Shown here one piece after another: positions 53,880 to 61,362 of a stretch of DNA of 64,000 bases; positions within the stretch are counted from its first letter, which is position 1, and every line of letters starts with the position of its first letter. The DNA comes from Gemmatimonadota bacterium (lineage in GTDB: Bacteria; Gemmatimonadota; Gemmatimonadetes; Longimicrobiales; Gaopeijiaceae): the NCBI GenBank assembly GCA_039591855.1, contig JBDHCV010000002.1:1-64000 (forward strand), in the 5' to 3' direction. The notes below the pieces were generated by a model. The model did not search any database. It saw nothing but the letters and a program-made list of their open reading frames with translations, and had not been told where the DNA came from. The position numbers and the translations under genes were made by a program.

Positions 53880-54140
53880 GCTTGGTTGCATCAGATCGAG
53901 CCGTATTACGCCATTTGTTTCCGGTAAAAAAACGCGCAAAACATTTTGCAGTAGTGATTTAGCATTCACATCGGTCCCTCGTGCGATTCTTGCGGTATCC
54001 TGCCTCTTACCCGTTCGGAGGGGACGGGTCGATTCGACAGGAGAATCCGTTCATTTCGGTCCGGAGACTCGGGCGGTTCGCGAACCGCCGGGAGTCATCC
54101 GACCGCGATTTCGTGTTTTTCCCATCCAAGGAGGTCGAGT
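53880..54140 (+). promoter_or_regulatory. AT-rich intergenic region, putative promoter/leader upstream of the lipoprotein gene at 54141
   Basis: Locally low GC (gtattacgccatttgtttccggtaaaaaaacgcgcaaaacattttgcagtagtgatttagcattcac) in an otherwise very GC-rich genome. Contains TTGCAG...TAGTGAT-like -35/-10 candidates. GGAGG 7 nt before the ATG at 54141. Confidence 0.35.
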
Positions 54141-54980
54141 ATGAAGCGCTGGATCGTTCTAACCCTCGTCATCGGGCTGGCTGCGTGCGCGGGAGAGCCC
54201 ACGTCGCCGGACTTCGCGGACGCTCCGGACACTCCGGACCTGACCCTGCAGGCGGACGCGCACACGGGGAACGGGTTTCCGCAGGGCGCCCACGACTACA
54301 AGCTCAACATCATCGGCGTGCCCCACGGCAAGACCGCCGACATGGACGACAACAACGGCCGTCGGATCTTCGTTCTGCTCAACGGCGGCGAGACCGTCAC
54401 CAACGCCGGCGGAAAGTGGAAGACCGACACCGACTACTGGAAGCAGGACAGCCGGGTCAACAAGATCCTCCTCGTCGAGGGCGATGGCTACGGGGTCCTC
54501 GACGCCAATGCGACGGACAAGGACGGCGCCCAGTTCATGCTACCGGATCCGTGTGTGGGCGATGATTCCACGGACGGATGTACTCCCGTCTACGATGTCT
54601 ATGCGCGCGCCCTCGGCACGCCCAACGGCAAGGCGATCGTTACCACCTGCGCCGACGAAGATGGCGATGGGTACGACGATTACGACGACATCTGGTGCGG
54701 CTCGAATCAGCTCGAGGTCGAGCGAAAGGCTGGGCGCTCCAAGGCGGAACTCGTGAACGACGAGCTCCTGAGGATGGTCGTCACCATCGATCCGACATCC
54801 GATCCGGAGCTCTACAATTGCGTGAATGGTGACCCGCTTGACACCGACGTTTCTGCCCTCGCGCCGTCGAGCTATGACGTCTACCTTTTCGACCGTTGCT
54901 TCGAGAACTACTTCTGGAACTTCGACAACAACGGATTGAAGCTGCTGGAGCTGCGCTTCTACGCGGTGCCCGCGGTGTGA
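54141..54980 (+). CDS. Hypothetical lipoprotein (Asp/Gly-rich, possible Ca-binding)
   Basis: MKRWIVLTLVIGLAACAG lipobox. DGDGYDDYDD and Cys pairs. Confidence 0.45.
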   Translation: MKRWIVLTLVIGLAACAGEPTSPDFADAPDTPDLTLQADAHTGNGFPQGAHDYKLNIIGVPHGKTADMDDNNGRRIFVLLNGGETVTNAGGKWKTDTDYWKQDSRVNKILLVEGDGYGVLDANATDKDGAQFMLPDPCVGDDSTDGCTPVYDVYARALGTPNGKAIVTTCADEDGDGYDDYDDIWCGSNQLEVERKAGRSKAELVNDELLRMVVTIDPTSDPELYNCVNGDPLDTDVSALAPSSYDVYLFDRCFENYFWNFDNNGLKLLELRFYAVPAV

Positions 54981-55110
54981 TGCGGACAAGACCCTCGATC
55001 TGGTAAAACGAAGGGGGGAGGGCGGATCATCCGCCCTCCCCCCTTCCTCATCTCACCCGGCCCGGACGCTCGAGACCTCGGTCCCGCCGGCGAAGGACCT
55101 GGCGGTCGCG

Positions 55111-55914
55111 CTATGGCTTCACTCGCCGCCGATATCCCTGGAGCAACTCTCCCACCATCCCACCGACGAGCCCCAACACCGCCGCCCCGACGATCCCGAT
55201 CACAATGATGGAGATGAAGAACGGGGTGTCCATGACGGTCCAGAGAAAGACGCCTTCGAGAAACACCACTCCGGCGCCGGCGATGCATGGTTCGGCCAGG
55301 GTGGCGCCCGGGGAGTAGTACCCGACGAAGGCACCGGTCACGACGAAGCTCACGCAGTAACAGAGGAGGATGACGAGTTCGCTGACGTCGAATAGGGCCC
55401 GGGTAACGAACACGGAGTAGTTGCTGAGCATGAAGCCCATCAGGATGCCCACGCCGATCCATCGCACAGCCAGCCCGGGATCCCGGGACGACTCTTCCAA
55501 CGAGCCCTCCAGCATCTCACCCACCCAGGCTCCAGCCATGGTCAGGACCGGTCCTCCGACCGCCCCCACCACCACCATCTTCAGCGGGATGAAGAACCCC
55601 AGACCCAGGATCAGCACCACGCCGGTGAGGACCGCGAGGACTCCCCCGGCCGCCAGGCCCTCCAGGATCGTCGTCCCGGGAGACTTGAACCCCAGGAGAA
55701 TCCCGGTGAAGAGGAATGTCAGGGCTCCGATCAGGATGGCCACGTCGGGGCGGGGAATCTCCGGCGCCACGATGTAGGTGAAGGTGCTGATGAGGGGCAC
55801 CCCCAGGAGTACGGCGATGCTGGTCCACTTCCAGTCGATTCCGCTGTGAGTGACAGGAATGGAAGGGATTGCGGAGGCGACCAGCTGCGTGTCGGTCCGA
55901 GAACGCATACACAC
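55111..55914 (-). CDS. Hypothetical polytopic membrane protein
   Basis: About 8 TM helices, no motif recognised. Confidence 0.4.
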   Translation of the reverse strand: MCMRSRTDTQLVASAIPSIPVTHSGIDWKWTSIAVLLGVPLISTFTYIVAPEIPRPDVAILIGALTFLFTGILLGFKSPGTTILEGLAAGGVLAVLTGVVLILGLGFFIPLKMVVVGAVGGPVLTMAGAWVGEMLEGSLEESSRDPGLAVRWIGVGILMGFMLSNYSVFVTRALFDVSELVILLCYCVSFVVTGAFVGYYSPGATLAEPCIAGAGVVFLEGVFLWTVMDTPFFISIIVIGIVGAAVLGLVGGMVGELLQGYRRRVKP

Positions 55915-56153
55915 CTCTCCCGTTCGGGTGGCAGGAGAATCCAGGGCGCAGAACGTCTCTGCGCGTTGGATTCCGCCCGGGCGGGAGAGCGGGTCTCAAC
56001 GGTCCTGATGAACCCAGTATAGGATGCGATGGGAGAGGGGACAAACCGACATGGGGGATCCAAGTTCCCGGCCGGTCGGGGCTGGTTTCTGCCGCCGCCG
56101 GGGCCTACCGTTGCCCCCGGGGTCGATCCGACAACGAGCAACTGGAGATCACG

Positions 56154-57881
56154 ATGGGCGAGCCGGAATCCGAGAATGCGGCGACACAGTCCGACCTCAC
56201 TGCGGACGACCCGGGCGGCCGCGACGTAAGCCGTCGGCAGTTCCTGGGCCTCGGGGCGGCTGCCGGGGCGGTCACCCTCACCGGGCTGGGCTCGGCCTGC
56301 ACGGCCGCGGGGCCTGACGATCAGGGCGGCCCGGGGACCGGCGCCGGGGGGGGCGCGGGTTTCGAACTTCCCCATCCGGAGTTGGAGGAGGTCACCCTCG
56401 ATCGCCTCCAGGCCGGGATGGCTTCCGGCGAATGGACGTCGGAGCAGATCACCCGTGTATACCTGGATCGGATCGCCGCCGGGAACCTCCGAGGGCCCGA
56501 GCTTCGGGCGGTCATTGAGACCAACCCCGATGCGCTGGCCATCGCGGCCGATCTGGATCGGGAGCGGGCGGAAGGACGCGTCCGGGGACCGCTCCACGGG
56601 GTCCCGATCCTCCTCAAGGACAACATCGACACGGCCGACGGGATGACCACGACGGCCGGAAGCCTCGCCCTGGAGGGGTCCACGCCGCTCCAGGACGCCT
56701 TCATCGTGGAGCGCCTCCGGGAGGCCGGAGCCATCGTCCTGGGGAAGGCGAATCTCTCCGAGTGGGCGAACTTCCGTTCCAACCGGTCCTCGTCGGGCTG
56801 GAGCGGGCGGGGCGGGCAGTGTCGGAACCCGTTCGCCCTGGACCGCAATCCGTGCGGCTCCAGCTCCGGGTCAGGGGCCGGCGTCTCGGCCAACTTCACC
56901 GCCATCGCCATCGGCACCGAGACCAACGGCTCCATCGTGTGTCCCTCGTCCGCCAACGGCGTGGTGGGGATCAAGCCCACCGTGGGCCTCTGGAGCCGGA
57001 GCGGGATCATCCCCATTTCCGTGACCCAGGACACCGCGGGCCCCATGTGCCGAACGGTCCGGGACGCCACGATCCTCCTCGGCGCCTGCATGGGCATCGA
57101 TCCCCGGGATTCCCATACCCAGCGGAGCGAGGGCCACGCATCCACCGACTACACCCCCTTCTTGGATCCCGAGGGCCTTCGAGGCGCCCGGATCGGGATC
57201 GTGAGGGACACCTTCGGAAGCCACGAGGGGGTCACGGCGATCCTGGAGGAGGCCATGGAGGTAATGCGGGCCGCCGGTGCGGAACTGGTGGACCCGGTGG
57301 AGATCCCGGATCAGCGCGGGGTCGGTGGCGTCGCGTATCAGACCATGCTCTACGAGTTCAAGGCCGGCCTGAACGAGTACTTCGCGTCCCTCGGGCCTGA
57401 CGCTCCGGTTCGGACCCTGGAGGACGTCATCGCGTTCAACGAGGCGAACGCCGATCGCTCCATGCCCTACTTCCAGCAGGAGACCATGCTCCTGGCCCAG
57501 GAGAAGGGCCCGTTGTCGGAGCAGGCCTACCAGGAGGGAATCGCGGAAAAGCGCAGGAGAGCCGGGCCCGAAGGCATCGACCGGGTCATGAACGAGCACA
57601 ACTTGGACGCCCTGTTCGGCCCCACCGGAGGTCCGGCCTGGGTCACCGACCTCATCGACGGCGACAACTACAGCATCAGCAGCTCCAGTCCGGCCGCCAT
57701 CTCCGGCTACCCCAACGTCACCGTCCCCGCCGGATTCGTGTTCGGGATGCCCGTGGGGGTGTCCTTCTGGGGAAGGGAATGGAGCGAGGGCCCGCTCATC
57801 CGGATCGCCTACGCTTTCGAGCAGGCCACCCTGCACCGGAGAGCGCCCGGCTTCCTCCCCACGGCGGACCTGAGCGTCTGA
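56154..57881 (+). CDS. Amidase (amidase-signature family) with a Tat signal peptide
   Basis: SRRQFLGLGAAAGAVTL twin-arginine signal. AS signature GGSSSGSGAGVSA and catalytic Ser/Lys context (LLKDNID). Start at MGEPESE; the upstream extension in the track ORF is not signal-like. Confidence 0.75.
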   Translation: MGEPESENAATQSDLTADDPGGRDVSRRQFLGLGAAAGAVTLTGLGSACTAAGPDDQGGPGTGAGGGAGFELPHPELEEVTLDRLQAGMASGEWTSEQITRVYLDRIAAGNLRGPELRAVIETNPDALAIAADLDRERAEGRVRGPLHGVPILLKDNIDTADGMTTTAGSLALEGSTPLQDAFIVERLREAGAIVLGKANLSEWANFRSNRSSSGWSGRGGQCRNPFALDRNPCGSSSGSGAGVSANFTAIAIGTETNGSIVCPSSANGVVGIKPTVGLWSRSGIIPISVTQDTAGPMCRTVRDATILLGACMGIDPRDSHTQRSEGHASTDYTPFLDPEGLRGARIGIVRDTFGSHEGVTAILEEAMEVMRAAGAELVDPVEIPDQRGVGGVAYQTMLYEFKAGLNEYFASLGPDAPVRTLEDVIAFNEANADRSMPYFQQETMLLAQEKGPLSEQAYQEGIAEKRRRAGPEGIDRVMNEHNLDALFGPTGGPAWVTDLIDGDNYSISSSSPAAISGYPNVTVPAGFVFGMPVGVSFWGREWSEGPLIRIAYAFEQATLHRRAPGFLPTADLSV

Positions 57882-58059
57882 GGAAGCCTGCTCCCCACAG
57901 CCGAGAGCCCGCCGCGAAGGTATCGACGCACCATTGAATCCTCCCGGCTGCACGGACGTATTCAATCCGACGCATCCAGCTGAACGCACCGTTGGGGAAG
58001 GGGTGACCGCGTAGGGGAGCCGCTCCTGCGCACGGTCCACGCCCAACCGAGGATCCGCC

Positions 58060-59115
58060 ATGTACTCGACATGCATGTTCTGCAGCCATTCCCTGGGACG
58101 GAACGAAGTGGTCGAGCACTTCCCCGTGGGTCGACGGCTCGCCTTCGACGCCCATCGGGGGCGCCTGTGGGTGGTCTGCCGGAAGTGCGAGCGGTGGAAT
58201 CTGACCCCCATCGAGGAGCGCTGGGAGGCGGTGGAGGAGTGCGAGCGGCTCTTCGAGGGCATGCGCACACGGGTCTCCACGGAGCACATCGGGCTGGGAC
58301 GCCATCCGGGAGGCCTGGATCTGGTGCGGATCGGTCCGGCGCTCCGCCCCGAGTTCGCGGCGTGGCGCTACGGGGATCAGTTCGGACGCCGGCGGAGGAA
58401 GGCCATGCTCTACGGGGCCGCCGGGTTCGGCGTCATCGGCGTGGTGGCGGTGGTCGGGGTGACGACGGGACTCATCAGCGGGGCGCTCCTGGGACAGAGC
58501 GGGAACTTCGTGAATATCTGGGTGAACGGTCGGGTGTTGGCCCGTGTGCCGGCCGGGGACGGCGAGGTCCTGAAGCTGAAGCTCCCCGATCTGAAGAAGG
58601 CTCGCATGATCCAGAGTGACGGCGAGTGGGGTGTGGAGGTGATGAAGGGAAAGCGGGTGGAGCGGTTCACCGGGGAGGAGGGCAGGGAGGTGGCGGGAAT
58701 CCTGGTGTCACGCCTCAATCGGGGTGGCGCCCGAGCTGCGGAGGTGCAGAACGCCGTGGGGTTCATCGAGGAGGCCGGCCACCCCGAAGCCTACCTGGGC
58801 GGTCTCGTGGAAGCGGCCTCGGTCCCTGCCGGGACGGCGAAGAAGGCCACCCGCCGGGTCGAACGTCCCCGAGACAGCGCCGGGCTCCTTCACAAGCTCC
58901 CCACCCCCACGCGCCTGGCGCTCGAGATGGCCCTCCACGAGGAGTCCGAGCGAAGGGCGCTGGACGGAGAGTTGGCGGGCCTGAAGGCGGCCTGGCGCCA
59001 AGCGGAGGAGATCGCCGCGATCTCGGACAACCTGCTCCTCCCGGAGGGCGCCGAGGCATTCGTGGAGGAGCACCGAGAGACCCCCGAGCCCCCCGGGCCC
59101 TCCAGGTCGGGGTAG
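58060..59115 (+). CDS. Hypothetical protein with an N-terminal C4 zinc ribbon and one TM helix
   Basis: CMFCSHS...CRKCERW. TM MLYGAAGFGVIGVVAVVGVTTGLISGALLG. Confidence 0.4.
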   Translation: MYSTCMFCSHSLGRNEVVEHFPVGRRLAFDAHRGRLWVVCRKCERWNLTPIEERWEAVEECERLFEGMRTRVSTEHIGLGRHPGGLDLVRIGPALRPEFAAWRYGDQFGRRRRKAMLYGAAGFGVIGVVAVVGVTTGLISGALLGQSGNFVNIWVNGRVLARVPAGDGEVLKLKLPDLKKARMIQSDGEWGVEVMKGKRVERFTGEEGREVAGILVSRLNRGGARAAEVQNAVGFIEEAGHPEAYLGGLVEAASVPAGTAKKATRRVERPRDSAGLLHKLPTPTRLALEMALHEESERRALDGELAGLKAAWRQAEEIAAISDNLLLPEGAEAFVEEHRETPEPPGPSRSG

Positions 59116-59131
59116 TCCGGCCTCCCGTGGT

Positions 59132-60187
59132 CTAGGCGTCCGGGGCCAGCTCCCGGTACCATGCCTCGACGGCGAGTTGGTTGTACCGTTGGCTGAAACG
59201 GAACCACTCACCGAATTCCTCGGGAATGGCGTACGCGGACGCGGCCGCCTCGGCGGGGGTTCCCGCTTCGGCCGCCATGCGGGCGTACCCCTCCAGGTGC
59301 TCCAGCACCGAGCGATACCGTTCCATGTCCGACCCACTCGCCAGCTCGCCGTGTCCCGGAACGAATACGGTCCCGGGATCCGATCCCAGGGCCCGGACCG
59401 AGTCCATGAGCCGACCCGGCTGGGCGTCCACGAAGTTGGGGAACATGTCCTTCCAGACCAGGTCGCCGCAGAAGACGACCCGTTCTCCGCCCGACTCCAC
59501 CTCTACGGTGACGTCCGAGGGGGTGTGTCCGCCCCGAGAGTGGATCCGAGCGACCACCCCTCCCAGATCCAGTTCGTGGTCCCCACCCCATGGTGGCAAG
59601 GCCCCCTCCGGCAGGGGCCGGCCTCCCGCCGAGTCCGCCTCCCGCCACCCGGCTTCGATCAGATCCCGCGTCCCCGCAGTGGACAGGATGGCCACCGGCC
59701 GATCCGGAGTGGCCTGGGCACCCCCCAGCCCGTCGGTGTGATCCCGGTGGTAGTGGGTGACCACCTGGTGGGTGGGGCGCAGGCCCGACAGCGCTTCGGC
59801 CTGGTCGCTCATCCACCGGGCTCCCTCGGCGGTGGCGAAGGCCTCCACCATCAATACGCCTTCGGTTCCGGCCACCAGGCCCCCGTTGCACAGGGTGAAC
59901 CGTCCGGCGTCCCCCTCGGCGAACGGGTTGGATACCATTCCGTACACCCCCTCCGCCACCCGGTAAAGGGTGCCCCAGGCCTCCTGGGTCACCGGCCGGA
60001 TCTGGCGGCCCCCGATGGTGGGGATGACCTGGCCGTGACCCAAGGCCCCCAGCAGTCGGCCCGGCAGCACGCCAGCGGCCAGCAAGTGTGCGACGCAGCC
60101 TCCGCCGACCCGGAGAAAGCCCCGCCTGGACCATTCCGGTCCGGAGGAACCCGGATTGGATGGCTCCCGATTGGATTTCTGCTCCAT
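59132..60187 (-). CDS. MBL-fold metallo-hydrolase with a Tat-like signal
   Basis: SRRGFLRVGGG signal. HxHxDH motif VVTHYHRDHTDG, plus downstream His/Asp ligands. The upper 978 nt of the track ORF (to 61165) overlap the dienelactone hydrolase gene in another frame and are rejected. Confidence 0.7.
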   Translation of the reverse strand: MEQKSNREPSNPGSSGPEWSRRGFLRVGGGCVAHLLAAGVLPGRLLGALGHGQVIPTIGGRQIRPVTQEAWGTLYRVAEGVYGMVSNPFAEGDAGRFTLCNGGLVAGTEGVLMVEAFATAEGARWMSDQAEALSGLRPTHQVVTHYHRDHTDGLGGAQATPDRPVAILSTAGTRDLIEAGWREADSAGGRPLPEGALPPWGGDHELDLGGVVARIHSRGGHTPSDVTVEVESGGERVVFCGDLVWKDMFPNFVDAQPGRLMDSVRALGSDPGTVFVPGHGELASGSDMERYRSVLEHLEGYARMAAEAGTPAEAAASAYAIPEEFGEWFRFSQRYNQLAVEAWYRELAPDA

Positions 60188-60249
60188 GCTACCGCTCCCG
60201 TGGTTCGTTCGACCCCCATCCAGGGGGTCCGTCCCGCGCCGCCGGGGTC

Positions 60250-61098
60250 TCAGCTTCCCAGATACTGTTGGAAGAACGCAACAGTTCGGGGCCAGGCTGC
60301 CCGGGTGGCGCGCATGTTGGCGCCCTCCTGCCCGGGCTGATTCCGGAGGAATCCGTGCCCGGCTCCGTCGTAGATCTCCACCTCGTATGTCTTGCCCAGG
60401 CGGTCCATCTCCTGACGGGCATCGGGGATGGTGGCGTTGACCCGGTTGTCGTCCCCGCCATAGAGCCCCAGGACGGGTGCCGTGATGGCCGAGAGCGTCT
60501 CCGTGGCGGGGGAGGACCCGTAGTAGACCACTGCCGCGTCCAGGCCGTCCCAGGCGCCGGCCAGAAGGAATGAGCTGCTCCCGCCCCAGCAGAATCCCAC
60601 GACCCCAACCTGGTCCCCGGCCGCCGGGAGACCGGTCGCGTAGGCTGCGGCGGCCTCGAGCCTCCGGTTCACCTCCGCCCGCTCCAGGCCTCGTATCGCC
60701 GCTACGGCGCCCTGTCGGTCCATGGACGGGGATCCGCCGCCGTCCACACCCTTGCCGGATAGAAGGTCCGGAGCGATGGCGATGAAGCCCTCCGCGGCCA
60801 ATTGGTCGGCCACCGAGCGGATCCAGTCCGTGAGCCCGTAGATCTCGTGGATCACGATGACCACGGGGGCCGCGTCGCTTCGCTCGGGATACACGACCCA
60901 CGCCGTCACCTCGTCCCCGCCGCCCGCCGGGAAGCTGACCCATTCCCCGTGACGAGGGGACGCGTCCAGGCGGGCCACGGCACCCGCCTCGTCCGAGGGA
61001 AGGTCCTGCGCCGACAGTTGAAACGGGGTGGCGAGAACCGTTGCGGCGGCCATGGCTGCGATGGCGACAACCGGGGCGTGGCGCAAAGTCATGTTCAT
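60250..61098 (-). CDS. Dienelactone hydrolase family protein (secreted alpha/beta hydrolase)
   Basis: Signal peptide. VIVIHEIYGL and nucleophile GFCWGG (G-x-C-x-G, the DLH family uses Cys/Ser). Catalytic Asp/His region GGDDNRV...GAGHGF. Confidence 0.7.
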   Translation of the reverse strand: MNMTLRHAPVVAIAAMAAATVLATPFQLSAQDLPSDEAGAVARLDASPRHGEWVSFPAGGGDEVTAWVVYPERSDAAPVVIVIHEIYGLTDWIRSVADQLAAEGFIAIAPDLLSGKGVDGGGSPSMDRQGAVAAIRGLERAEVNRRLEAAAAYATGLPAAGDQVGVVGFCWGGSSSFLLAGAWDGLDAAVVYYGSSPATETLSAITAPVLGLYGGDDNRVNATIPDARQEMDRLGKTYEVEIYDGAGHGFLRNQPGQEGANMRATRAAWPRTVAFFQQYLGS

Positions 61099-61362
61099 TC
61101 GAGAACTCCGAGACGATAATGGCGGGATCGAGCCGGGTCCCGTTCGGCGAACGCGGCAGGCACACGCCTACGTTACCGCGGATCCCACCGGGAGTTCAAA
61201 CGCCGGGTCGTTGGAGGGTAGCCGCCGGTGGCCGTCCGTCCCCTCCTCACGGCACGCAAGTTGCTCGATTGTGACCCTGTTGCGACGGCCGCGCGGGCGT
61301 TCGAGCGCCGGTGGCCGAGGACAATTGTTCCCCAGTGGATAACAGGTGCGAGGGATCGACTC

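Noticed and set aside
60188-61165. Upper part of the track ORF 59132..61165
   Set aside because: Overlaps a well-supported dienelactone hydrolase gene (60250..61098) in another frame. The MBL hydrolase begins at an internal ATG (60187) with a Tat-like signal.
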